DNA of 63,645 nt, filler included, from Hyphochytrium catenoides (taxonomy: Eukaryota; Protista; Hyphochytriomycota), in NCBI GenBank assembly GCA_900088475.1. It is 8 parts of 8 records of this genome, joined end to end, with 100 filler letters (N's around TTAATTAATTAA, not from the genome) between each part and the next. Parts side by side here need not be neighbours in the genome. Positions count along the whole stretch, not along the records: positions 15,707 to 41,442 come from FLMG01002142.1; positions 41,543 to 61,303 come from FLMG01000341.1; 6 more parts are not named here. The stretch is one strand, 5' to 3'. This document shows positions 39,388-52,273 of this stretch, piece after piece. The position numbers were made by a program, and so were the translations under genes. The notes under the pieces were generated by a model that was not told where the DNA came from, searched no databases, and saw only the letters and a program-made list of their open reading frames with translations. The stretch's first letter is position 1. Each line of letters starts with the position of its first letter.

Positions 39388-40608
39388 CTAAACCGTCGTG
39401 CCTGAAGCGGTAGTAGGTCCCTGCGCCTCGGGGAGCAAGTAGGATCGCCTGATGAAGGTGATCCGGTTCTCAGGAGAGAAGACATAGAGAGTCTGGCTCC
39501 GGATCTCTAGCGTCTTCTTCCGTTTCGTCCTTTTTCCATCTGATGAGAGCGGATCAACGTATCCGTGGCATGTGTCACTCTCTGTCTCCTCGTCTTTCTC
39601 TTTCTCTCTGCTTCTCTTCTCCTCAAATGCTGACGACGGCACTGTGTCTATTTTCTCTTGACAGTCTCTTACCGCCAATGTCTCATGGCTTTCACTCCTC
39701 TTCCCTATCAGTTTCTTGGGACTTCTCTCGCTCTCACTCTTTTCTCTCTCCTCCTCTCTCTTTTCTTCTCCTGTTTCGTCATCATCTGGCACTGTTGCGA
39801 CGAATGTTGAGAAGAGCACGATACGGTCGCCGCGAGGATCTAACGTTCGAAAGTCCGCCTCATTCCATTGGAAACCGGGATACTTTGCGCTACATATCGC
39901 CCTACAAAGCGAAACCGGGATAAAGAGGGCAAGAGGGGAGGCAGAACGATGAGTGTCAGCGAGTGAGCTAGCGAGTAAGAGTATGTCGGTGCGTGAAAGA
40001 GAGAGAGAGAGAGAGAGAGAACCGGAGGAGACAGAACAGGGATCAAGCAACCCGCGGCAAGAGGAGATAGCCAATTGCTCTTCATACTTTGGACAAAGCC
40101 ATCGCGCATCATAGCTTATAGTGAAAAGGCGGAAGGGTTGAGAAGGGTAGAGGAGATTAGGAGACAAGGAAGTGAGAAGCAGCAAGGAGAAAGAGAGAGA
40201 AGAGAGAGAGAAAAAAGCAAAGACGTGCTCGCTGGAAGGAAAGGAGTGAACTCACCACTTGAGCATAACTCCTTCTGGACCTTTGAGTTCTTTTTCCTCT
40301 CTGGCCACATCCTCCACAGAAGGAGAGACACCTTCTACTGGCGGATCTTGGATGATCGCAGTGCAGTTCATATGGAAAAGGTTAAGAAGGCTTGAATCCA
40401 TTCTCCCCGTGTTTATAGCGTCCAAGAGCATGGCCAAATGTTGCTGTCGAATAGATAGAGTGGTTGCGAAAGAGAGAGAGAGAGATTTGCAGGGAAGAAG
40501 AGAGGCGGTTTGTTCTGAGGTAGGACACGAGTTTATTTCTAGTCTTCTGCGAAGGAGAGACAAGTGCCGCTGTTCTGCGATGGAGAGAGAGTGCTGGAGC
40601 GTGGCCAT
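39388..40608 (-). CDS. Multi-exon hypothetical protein
   Basis: Coding-like exons MATLQHSLS..., MDSSLLNLFHMNC..., DARWLCPKYEEQ..., CRAICSAKYPGFQWNEADFRTLDPRGDRIVLFSTF... separated by CT-rich introns. Confidence 0.55.
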
Positions 40609-41942
40609 GTCCACTCTGGTTCTCCGGCGACGACGCCTTTTCTTAGTGTTTTCTTCCTTGGTCTGCAGTCTCTCCTTCTTTATCATCAACAGCTGTTCTC
40701 CACGCTGCCTCTCTCGTGTGCTTCTCTTCTGTTGTTGCTGCTGCACCTTCGCAAGAAAAAGAGAGAGTGGACGGTCGTCGTCATCATCTTCTTCCTCCCC
40801 TTCGTCTCTCCTGGTCTCAGTCTTTTCTTTCTCTGTGGTCGAACTGCCAAGCACGAAAAGGAAAAGAAAGAGAGAGAGAGGGAGAGAAGTACGAGGTCAG
40901 CTCATGTCTCAGAGTACTTTGATTTCTTTCTTGGTAGGGCTTATTACCTCGCCAAACCTCTATCCTGAGGTGCTTCTTCTTCCTTCGTCATCGCCAAGCT
41001 TTCCTTCATTGGCGTCACTCTAACCTCCCTCTTTCTTTCCAGGATTGGTCCTGCCCCAGGGCGCTCGTTCTCTTCTATTGTTACCTCCGTCATCCCTCTT
41101 TTTGTCTCTTCTCTTTCTGTCTCTTCTCTTTCTGTCTTTCTTTCTTCGTTCTCTGTCTAGTGATGCATTGCAATAAGGTCAGAACAGAGATTCTACCTAC
41201 AGAGCAGGGGATGACAAAGGCTGAGGGGAGCTGAGGATTGGAGTAGAGAGGAGGGAAGGAGGAGAGAGAGAGACAGAGGGACGGAGAGAGACAGCAGAGG
41301 AGAGAGAGGGAGAGAGAGAGAGCGGTGGCAGTTCGAAGGGACAAAAATCAAAGGGAGGTGAAGGGGCAGATAGTATGGCATTGAGGCAGAGATGTGGCTA
41401 AGGTAAGATGGGAGGACTTTCGATAGAGAGAGAGACGAGCCANNNNNNNNNNNNNNNNNNNNNNNNNNNNNNNNNNNNNNNNNNNNTTAATTAATTAANN
41501 NNNNNNNNNNNNNNNNNNNNNNNNNNNNNNNNNNNNNNNNNNTAATCCGTACGATGAGCAAGAATATCTAGGAGAAAAGGAGGGCCCCGTTTGAAATGAC
41601 AGAGACATGAGACAGAGAGAATGCAGGGCGAAGGCTTGGCGCCTCCAGCATCGTTAGCAAACCTCTCTTCCTCTCTTTATACATAAGATTATATTCATGC
41701 ACGCCTGCAATGACAGGAACTTAATGACTTCCTCTACAATCTCCTTTTCCTCAAGTCTTTCTCTCCTCCTTATTAGTCTTCTGTTCCTCCTCTGTTAATC
41801 CTCTTTGCCATTCTTCTTCTCTTTCGAGTCTTTCTTTCGCGGTCTTCTCCTCTCTTACGCCGTCTATTGGCCAATAGCTCGACGGCCCTTGGTAAGCCCC
41901 TCTCACGATAGCTGATGGGAGCTTTGAAAAGTATGTTCATCC

Positions 41943-42427
41943 CCATCGGCGCGATCTTCATTTGCTATTCCTCAAGCATGACGCTGCGTGCTCTATTAGC
42001 AGAGCTACAGTGTTAGATATGCCTCCATCTGCAGTACGGCCGGTAACAAGCTGTGTCGGTGTGACGCAATCGCTTGTGAAGGCGATGCTCATCAGACCTG
42101 AAGGACGGAGTTGGCAGCTGACGTGCAAAGTGCCAATGCCTGGTGCTATCAAAAACCGTTGCTCCTTTCAATTCTTCTCGGCTCCGGAGTACGCCCATGG
42201 TATACAGATAGCGGGATTTATGACACACAAAGACCCAGAATGCACACTTCGCAAGAGCCAACAGATGGACTTGTGACTGGCCGTCAAAAAAACAACGGCA
42301 CCATTCACACCCACACAGCTGCTTACAGGCCTTATTGCAGATGGAGGCATGCCTAACACTGTTGCTGTGCTGATAAAAGCACGGCCGGTCAAGCTTGAGG
42401 AATTACGAGTGGAGATCGCGCCGATGG
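41943..42427. mobile_element. Foldback/MITE-like element with ~120-bp imperfect inverted repeats
   Basis: 41943-42064 is the diverged reverse complement of 42305-42427 (CCATCGGCGCGATC / GATCGCGCCGATGG). Confidence 0.6.
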
Positions 42428-42830
42428 AGAGGGCGATAAAAGAAGCTCCTTTCGCGCTTCAGTGACAGACTATTTAACTAACAAACATAGCGTGGCTGAG
42501 GGTCGAGCGCAACACTGACAAAGGGCGAAGGCAAACGCAATGGATGACCTTACGTACGCAGACTTTCCGGAGTTGGAGAAGGTGATGCTCATCAGACTGA
42601 AGCAAGACTTGCCGCAGAGTCCCCGGCTGACGTGCAAAGTGACAGTCCCCTGCTGACATGCAGAGTGACAATGCCTGCTGCTATCAAAGACGTTACTCCT
42701 TTCACTTCTGCCCTGGGGTACGCCCCATGGTATACAGATAGCGCGATTCATGCACACAGAGACCCAGATTGGCAGCTCTGTCCGTCCTGCAGAATGCACA
42801 CCTTGCAAGGGCCAACAGATAGACTCGTGA
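42080..42830 (+). repeat. Diverged direct repeat (~200-250 bp) at 42080-42276 and 42580-42830
   Basis: Shared GATGCTCATCAGAC, GCTGACGTGCAAAGTG, CCATGGTATACAGATAGCG and CAGAATGCACAC blocks. Confidence 0.75.
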
Positions 42831-43070
42831 AGAATGGCCTGCAAGGGTAACAACTCCGTCTTTCACACGCTCAACACGCGGAGTCCCCCGACGGCCAGGC
42901 AGCGACGGCGCGATGTTGCAGCGCTCGCTCACTGTTTAAGAAAGATCAAAAGACTAGTTATCTGTGGATAAACCGGATGTCTGATCTAAAAGGAAAGTGC
43001 GTTACAAAGTGCAGATGAAATGGAAAGGCATCATTTTCAAGACAAAGGATCACAACCAAAGAACAAGTGT

Positions 43071-43116
<46 letters not shown>

Positions 43117-43117
43117 C

Positions 43118-43171
<54 letters not shown>

Positions 43172-43998
43172 GGGCACTGAAAAGAAAGGGACAAGAGGAG
43201 AGGAAGAGACTTCAGACCAAGCACGATGGCAGCAGCAGGAAAGGCCGCGAAGGGCTCTCGTTATGAGAGAGGGGAACCAAGGACCCAATGGGCCGCTGTG
43301 GCTGTGGGGACAGAAAGAAGCTCAGAAAGGTGCGTTAGAGAATAGTCAGAGCAGCCGCCAAAGACAACGTCAACAGGAGTAGAGAGAGAGAGAGAAACAG
43401 GGAGGAACAGAGAGTTAGAGGAACGCGTCGTAGCCCGGGGAGTGTATGTGCAAGGAAAATCGGCGTGAGAGCTGGAGAAGAGAGGCTGAGAAAGAGACAG
43501 AAATGGGAGCAAGAGCCGCATCATGAGGCGCTGAGACATTGAGGTCCGCCATCCACAATGAGCTCTCCAGCGCTAGAAGATCCCGCCGATAAGGGCGCTC
43601 TTGAGGTCTGTATATCTCGACCCTAGCTCTCTTCGTCTTCCCTTGTTGCTTTCGAAGTGGGACCGCAAATACGGTCACTGAGTCTCCTCTCGGTCTGCCC
43701 CTTCGATTCTGTCGTCCTGGCTGTCTCGAGCACTGTCTGTCTCTGGCTCTCTCTCTTTCGTCGCCTCCCTCTCTTCTCCGTGAACTCTATGCGGAGGCGC
43801 TGAAGTGTAATCTTCTCGCTTTTCAGCTCTTCTGCGGGAGCAACCCTTATTATCTGAAAGTCTCTGTTCTATCTCTTTCCTCTTTCTCCTCTAACTCTTT
43901 ACCCTTCTTTGGTTGGTTGGTTCCAGTCTTTTCTCTTTTCTCATCTGTCTTCTTCTGGTGCTAACGCCGGTGCGCTGTCTCCGCCTCACATATCATTA

Positions 43999-44165
43999 GT
44001 CTGATGCCGCTGCGGAAGCGAGTAGCCCAGCAGAGTTTGAAGAGATTCTTCGTGGGCTGAAAGAGAAAGGACCTGTTCTCGAGGCCTTTGCAGCCGAATA
44101 TGGAAAGATGCTTAGCACTTTTACCCGGTACATCTCGTTTGTCTGTCTGTCTGTCTGTTTGTCTC

Positions 44166-44205
<40 letters not shown>

Positions 44206-47200
44206 GCTCGCTCATTCTTTCTCTCTTTCTCTCTCTTTCGCACTCTCTTTCTCACCCCTTATAACGCTCTCTAGTCTATCAACTCCCCGGTGGACTCAGA
44301 TTGAGTCTTTTGTGTCTCTCTTCCTTTTCTCTTCCCTTCTTCCTGCTCTCTCTCTTCTCTCTAGCCAACCTGTCGCTTCTGCCAACTCCCGTCATCCCTT
44401 GCACTTACAACCTTCCTTATAAACCACGTGCAGTACTCTCCAGAGCGAAGAGAAGTACCTGGTCCGCTGCAAAACGCTAGATGAAGAAGTTCTAAACATC
44501 AAGCAGCAGCTGGAAGTCGGCGCGAAAGAGGACGAAGATTCTGCTTTCTATGCGTCAGCGTTGAAAGAGGAGATTGACCGTTCTCTGGAGCAAATTGAGA
44601 GCTTGGCGAAGAGAGAAGCAGAGAAAAGATTGAGAATAGGCGCGATAAAGAATGAGATCAGTGAACTGCAGAGGGTCATCGAAGCAGGTGGAGAACAATT
44701 GCTAGACCAAGCTCTCTTTATAACTCTCGTTTCTCCCGCCTTCCTTTTATCCTTGCTGTCTGTTCAGCTCCTCTCTCTCTCTTACTCGCTCGCTCGTTCT
44801 CACACACGCAAACACTCTCTGTCGCTATTCTCTCTCAATCAATCCGTCTCTATCTATCTCTCGCCTCTCTCTCTCTCTGTCACTCTCTGTCTCTCTGTGT
44901 CTCTCTCTGTTTCTCTCCCTTCAACGAGTTATCTAGCTAAAGACCTCATCCCCTTCTTGATGCTCTCTTTCCTGTCAGGTCCTGGGTGGACCCAGGATCA
45001 GTCTGCAATGATGACGGAGTTCAATCGCAAGCTGGATGATGTTAGCAGCCAGGTTGATGAGAAACAGACGCGCTGCTTGGCGATCAGGTAAATGAGCGTC
45101 GATCTATCTTCCTTTTTCAGCACTCTTCAGCTCAAGTTTAGACAGTCTGTCTCTCTCTCTCTCTTTGGTCTCTCATTTATTCCTCGTTTCTCTAAAGTTC
45201 TTCTACCCCCTCAACGTTCTTCTCGAGTCTTTCTCTCGTTGTACCTTAATCTTCCTTGATCCTACACTCTCTCACTCTCTTTCTCTAACATGGCATCACT
45301 CCCATTAGACAAGATGTGACCCAGCTAGCGGCGCAAGTGGAACATCAGGAAAAGGCTAAGTTAGAGGTAGGCTTCTCTCTTGCTTTGTCACCCTACCTTT
45401 ACACTCTTTCTCTCTCTTAATCCAATCCACCTCTTCCCCTTGTGAAAGCGCCACATGGTGAACTCATTCTTGATGCCTCTCCCGCCCAGTTGCTGTCTCC
45501 CCCTACGTTCTCTTTTTTCTCTCTCTCTGTCTCTCCCTCCTTCATCCTTCCCCCACTTTTTCTTTGAACGCTTCTAACTTCTCCCCATATCACTGTTGCG
45601 CATGCTTTCTTTCCTACTCTATCACGACCTTGTCTCTCTCCTTCGCTTCCTTTGCCCTACCACATTGTCCAATTTCCAATGGACTTCTGGCCTTGCAGGT
45701 GGAGCTCCAGATCAAGGCAGCTACGAACGAAGCGGCAGACAAGATTTCTCAGTCCGAGAAAGAGGTTCGAAGGCGAGATAAGCTTGAAAAAGAGCTGAAG
45801 CACCTGAAGACGCAGGTAGAGATAGCTAAGGACCTGTTATTTCTTTTCTCCCCTTCTGTTCGCTCCGCTTCTCTTTTTCTGGCATCCGTCCCTTTGGTCT
45901 CCCTTTCTCTCTGGCTGTCTCTGTCTGTCTCCGTCTCTCTCTATGCCTGTCCCACACTGTCCCTACCTCTCAGCTCTCTCTCTCTCACTCCTTCTCCCTT
46001 GCTTCTTGCCACAATGAAGGTGGACCAGCAACAGACCACGCTGACCTCCAAAGTGGAACGGACGCGAGAGGTGGAGGTTAGACTGAAGCAGTTGGAGCTG
46101 AAGAGCAAAGAGAATAGACTCTCTCTTGAGCAGTTCCAAAGAAAGAGTGCAGCGCTGCTTGTGAAAGTGAACAAGATAAATGACGACATCCTGGAGCAAA
46201 GACATAAGTAAGCCATGAGAGAGGAGAGCTGACAACGAGAAAGAAGAACCATTGATATGGAAGCATGAGTGAGAGAGGGAGAGAGAGAGAACCTCTGTGC
46301 AAAAAGTGAGAGGTCAACTGTTAGGAAGGAAGTTTGGCGAAGGCGTAGATGGCTCTTTATCGGCTCTATGGGTCTCCTGAGCCACTTAGTCGCCTCCTTT
46401 TGACAGTTATTGTGTTGGAAGGCTTGTTCCAGTTCTCTCTCTTTCTCTCTCTGTGTGTCTCTCTCTCTCTGTCTGTGTCTCTCTCTCTGTCTCTCTCTCT
46501 CTCTCCCTCGTTGTGTCTCTCTGTCGCTCTCTTTCTCTCTCTCTCTCTCCATCCCCTTTTGTCACTGACTGGACTCACTCTTGCCATTGCTTACCACTTA
46601 GAATCACGCAGCTTCGCAATGCCAATGTCTTGACAGAGATGGAGATCGAGCGTCAGACGCAGGATGTGAGGGCAGTTCAGAAAGAGACCCAGAAGATTCT
46701 GAAGCTCTCAGAGCTCACAGTGGAAAAGACTGACCAGCTGGAGGAGGAAAAGAAGAAGTATGAGGAAGAGAAGACACAGCTAGAGAGAGAAATAGAGAAA
46801 ATTATCTCAGTCGACATTGAGGCACAGAAGACTGAGGGTGAGGAGATAGGAAAGAGCATTGCAGCAGCGCATAAAGAAAGAGAGCTCCTGAACAAGAAGA
46901 TAGTGGACTCGGGAGACCGCACCCAGCACCTCTTCGATCTCTTCAAGACCTACGAAAACACTCTGAAAAATCTCTCCTCGGAGATTGCAAGGTATACCTT
47001 TTATCTCTCTCTCTCTCTCTTGCTCTCACTTTTCTTCCGTCCCTTATTCCTCTTCCTCGGTACCATCTTTTCTCTCTCTTCTTCTTCCCTCATTCTCTCT
47101 CGCTCTCTTTCTCGGTCTCTAGCTCTTGCTCTCTCCTCCGGCGATGGGTCTCTGTGGATCTGCAGAATGCGGTACTAGGTCTCACGCTCTCTCCTTCGCC

Positions 47201-50200
47201 CTTGTCTTCCAATATAGCTATCGAAGCACTGTCCAGGGGCAAAGAGAGAGTGTCTCGCAGGTGGTGGCAGAGAAAGAGAAGTATGAAAGAGAGGGACAAG
47301 TGGCCATCCAGCAGTATTACACAGCTCTGGAAGAGGTCAAGATGCAGGAGAATCAAATCTCTCTCCTTATGAAAAGAACTGTGGAGGCGGACAAGAGAAT
47401 CCAGCAGCAACAGGTACTGATCGCGACCACTTTGAGGAATAAAGAGAGAGACAGAATGAGGAATAGAGACTGTGAGAGGAAGAGAGAGAGAGAGAAGAGA
47501 GAGAAGATTTAGGGTCGGAATATGCGAACTGGAGTTAGTACAGATCGACAGTGTAGCCACAGAGCGCTGCCTCAAGGGCTCTCCGCTTTTCATTAATGTG
47601 GACCTACCTGGCCTGATTCCTCACTCCTTAGAACTTGTATGAGCAAGTGAGAACGGAGAGAAATCTCCGTAGCAAGCATCTTATAGAGAGCCAGGTAGGT
47701 GTAGACACTGCTGCTTCCTCTGCTCTAGAACCTCTTTCGTTGTGTCTCTCTCCCACACCTATCTTTCCTTTTCTTCGCCTTCAGCTATACCTGCCCCTGG
47801 CCCCACTTCCTTTAAAGTTTCATTGTTATCCTGACCTCTCTGTCTGCTTTTCTTCTCTGTGGCTCTGTGCATCGCTGTGAACTCCATCTGCTCTTATTGA
47901 CTGACTGTTTTAACGACCTCTCATGTGCTGCGGTGTGCACAGAGTGAAATAGCAGAGCTAAAGCGGAAGTTTAAGATCTTTGAGCACCAGGTGGAGCAGA
48001 TGAAGGAAGAAATCACGGCCAAGGATCACCAGCTGTTGAAAGAGAAGGGCCTGCACCATAAGGTTCTTATACTCTCTTTCTGTCTCTTTCTGTCTCTGCC
48101 TCTGTCTCTACTCTTTCTTTCTTTCTTTCCTTCTTTCTTTCTTTCTCTCCCCTCCTCTTCTTTTCTTTTTGGTGTCTCTGTCCCTTTCCTTAGCTGTTCT
48201 TTATTGTCCGCTATGCAAGGCCTTCAACAGCAAATCTTGTTTATCGCAACCAAGCAAATCATGCCCTGCCCTGCCTCGCAACGAATGCATTAATCTTTCT
48301 ATTGATGCGACTCCTTTTCCTCTTCTATTGATGCGGCTCCCTTCTCCCCTGCAGACACAAAAAGAGAGAGAGATTCTGCGAAGCGACCTTACAAGGATAA
48401 AGAAGCAAATCCAGAACTCAGAGCAGGTAGGGAAAGGAAAAGTCTACTCCCTTGCTCCTCGTAACGTGTCCTCCCATTGTCCCTATCCTTCTTACACCTA
48501 TGAACTCCGCGTCCTCAGCTCAACTGAGACCTCATCCTTTCTCTTCCCTGCTCTCACCCTCCCCTTGCTTCGCCTCCCTGTATGGTGCTCCCAGCCTTTC
48601 TTAACTGTCTCATGTGTGCTCCTGTGTACTTAATCATCGTTTTGTTCTTCTCTCGTAATAGATAATAGCCAATCAAGAGACAGAGATCCACAAGCTGTCT
48701 CTCATCATAAGAGACGCCGACGCCGAGCAGCAGCGGCAAGTGAAGGAGTACGAAGCCACCATTAGTGAGAGAGACCTTATCCAGCAGCAACTCATCAAGA
48801 GAAAGTGCGTGCATTAATTGCGCCCTCTGTCTCCTCTCTTTCTCTTCTCTCTCTTACCCATTGATCATTGTCTTGAGTAGGAGATAAGTCGTTCTGTCAC
48901 TACCTCTCTCTCTCTTTCTCTCTCTATGTATTGTGGGTCTTTCATCTCCTTGGACAGGGTCGTCCAACCTTTTATCTCTTCATTCTCGCCCGCATACTCT
49001 TTCTCAACCTTATTAATTCATTCTTTCACAGCGAGGAGCTATCCAAACTCTATGAGAAGCTACGGTTGCAGCGGTCTAATCTGCAAAAAGGAGAGAAAGC
49101 CTATCAGGACCGACAGCGAGAGATAAATATGCTCAAGGCACAGATCCAGAGTCTCGACAGAGAGTGCGCGGCCTCTGATGGCACCGTCTCTTCCGTGGAC
49201 GATCTTAAGAGACAGATCACCAGGCTGCAGGAGGTAAACATCTAGTGAGAAAAAGAGAGGGTATTGGGATGGCGGAGACATTAGAGGATGGAATACAAAG
49301 AGAGAGAGAGGGCATGCGCGGACGCAGAGACGGTGGGGAATGAGAGAGAGAGAAGGAAAACAAGAAAGAGTGAGCGGAGAAGACAGGAAGAAATGTATGA
49401 GTAGGGAAGGCAACAGGAGAAAGCTACCGCTAATGGAGGAAGAGGTAGGGATAGGGCAACGACAGAGAACCAAACGTTCCCCAAGGACAGAGAGAGGGTC
49501 AACAGATGAATGCCAAAGGCAAAACGGAAATAGCTCTAAGTGAACAAGTTTCTTAGAGAAAGAGGGCCTAGAGAAGAGTTCTTTCTAAGTCAGGCTGACG
49601 CCATCGGTCTCTCTCTCTCTCTGCTGCCCTTCCCTGCACTCTGTCTTTCTCGTATATCTCTCTCCCTTCCCTTTTGCCCTCCTCCCCTCTGATATATCTA
49701 GGACATCATGTCCGAGCGAACCAAAATACGGGCGCTCAGTGATGAACTAGAACGGCCGCTCAATGTCCACCGCTGGCGAGCCCTTGAGTGCTCCGATCCT
49801 CAGACGTTTGAGCTGCTAAAGAGCGTGCAGAACATGCAGAAAAGACTTATTGACCTTACCACACAGTGCCAGGAGAAAGATAGAGTCATCCAGGTATGGA
49901 GTTGGCCCAGGCATAAGATAGACTCAAGAGGCGAGGAAGAATTAGGACGAGAGAGAGAGGGGCGGGGAGGGAGAGAGGAGAGAAGAGAGGAAAAGAGAGA
50001 GAGGGGAGGAGGAAAAAGGAGTGAATGATGGAAGGGAAGAGAGAGAGAGATGACTGACAGCAAGGAGAGAAACGGCCGCCACAGACGGGAGAGAGAGGGA
50101 AGGAAGAGGGAGAACGGAGGTTATAGAAGGGAATATAGGTTACCGAAGGAGAAGAAGAGGTGTGGCTCGGGCTTCAATGAGAAAAGGGAGCAAATATTCA

Positions 50201-50742
50201 CCGTTCACTTGAAGCTCTATTGCCAGCTTAGAGTATGCTCCCCTGTCATCAGTCCACAGCCTTGCATCGTCAGTCCTTATTCTCTCTTCTCGTTTCTCTT
50301 TCGGCTTCTTCTCCATGTCATAAATCCTTAAGCCATTCTCTTCTGTGTCTGTCTCTCTTTTTAGGAGAAAGAGAATCTCTACTTGGAGCTCAAAAGCGTT
50401 ATCTCCCGTCTTCCTGGAGACGAAGTGCACGAACAGCTGAAGAAATGTTCTGATGTGCACAAAGAGAAGGTCGCTCATCTTCGGACCATGACCCTCGAGC
50501 TCGAGGTTTGCAAGAGGAAGGTGACAGCGCTGCAAGAAGAGGTTGCAGTATATCTTCAGGGCATCAAAGAGATGAATGACCTGTGGCTGAGAGAGGCCAA
50601 GAAGCTTGGAGAGACAGGAGATAGGAGAGTAGGGCAAGAGGTGCAGAGAGAGAGCGATATAGTACTAGATAACCTTGAAGACGTGGTAGGGAAGTGCTCG
50701 GAGGAGAGAATCGCTGGTCTCCCTCGGGACGCAGTGTCTTAA
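43999..50742 (+). CDS. CFAP58: Cilia- and flagella-associated protein 58 (CCDC147) homologue
   Basis: LYEQVRTERNLRSKHLIESQ-SEIAELKRKFKIFEHQVEQMKEEITAKD and ERTKIRALSDELERPLNVHRWRALECSDP..LQKRL-type signatures in a long coiled coil. First exon not resolved. Confidence 0.85.
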
Positions 50743-50943
50743 GTGTTAACGATGTATTATGTCACTTCATTTTATTGAGCAATGGGCAACTTAGGTCTCT
50801 CTCTCTCTCTCTCTCTTTCCCCGTCTTCTCATTTCTCTAACTTGCGGTGTGCCATTTGAGAGCTAGATGACAGACTAGTGGAGCCAAACAAGAGCGAGGG
50901 AGAGAGAGAAAGAAAGCTGTTATAGCTTCTCCTTAGTGATACG

Positions 50944-51612
50944 CTACTCTAGCTTTTTCTTGATTCTCCACTGGACGATTGTCCTATCCAGCGCCCCGAC
51001 GCTAAGGAGAAAGGAGTCGTTGGAAGTGAAGCGAAGGCTTGACACGCCTTGGCTATGCCCACGGAGCTTTATGTATGGCGAAGCCTGTGTGAAGTCAAGG
51101 AAAGGAGGAGTTACTAGCATCAGAAGCTAGCAGGAGCAGGCGCAGCGAGCGAAGGATCAGATAGAGAGAGCCAAGGCCCAGAAAGAGTGACAACGAGCGC
51201 GAGAGAGAATGACGAGAGAGAGGCCGCAGGTACAGACAGGCCATTATAAACAAGACTTTGAAGGCGAAGTAAAGACTCTATAGAAAGTCTAGCGAGGAGG
51301 AGACATGAAAGTGGAAGAGATGTTCCGTCTCTGCGTCTCTTCACCTGCTTGTTCAACGCTGGGTAATTGAAGAGTCTGATAGCGCCGGACTCTCCTCCTG
51401 CTGCCAACAGGTCTGCACGGTTGGAGCGACAGCAAGAAAGGACGTCCCGTTCCTCTGGACGGCCCTGTCTCTCCGTCCAGATGCCTAGGCCAAGGAGACA
51501 AAGAACAAGAGGTCATTAGAACGAGGCTCTTTGCAGGAAGCAAGAGAGAGATAGTATAGGGAATGAAGTGACCTAAGGTCTATCACTCGCTATGTTTGGG
51601 ATGTACGGGCTA

Positions 51613-51655
<43 letters not shown>

Positions 51656-52234
51656 CATTTGTTGATAGTCACCTTAGACCATCCGTGCAATATCCCTCTC
51701 CCAAATTTTCTAACCTTGAACGGACCATCCCATGGTGCAGGTCTGTGTGGCCCAGAGAATGTCTTTCATCTGTGAGGGATTGGCTATGGCGCTGCCATCC
51801 AGGCTGTTAACTACAGAGAGACAATAGTGCCCGAGGAAGACCCCAGTCAAGCAGCGAACGAGAGGGAATGGCAACGTGTGCGGCAAAGGATGGAATGAGA
51901 AGAGAAATTAAGCGAGAGAACAACATTAGAGAGCCGACGAGTGAGAGAGGAGAGAGAAAGTATCGCGCGCAGAGTTTCACGAAGAACGGAATCACGAGGA
52001 GCCTTGGAAGAGGAAGTTTGCAGAAAGCAAAGAGATGAGGAGAGAGCAAAAAGAAGAGAAGAGATAATATTATTGGAGAGACTTGCAAGAAGAAGGTTGC
52101 ACTCTGGGGCACTAACAGTAGATAAGCTCCATGTCGCGGGTGTTGCACTGGAGGAAATGTCCATCGCCTCCAAAGTCGAAATGCGTGATGAAGCTACGAG
52201 AGAGAGAGGTGAGAACAGGCAAAAGGTAAAAAAC

Positions 52235-52273
<39 letters not shown>

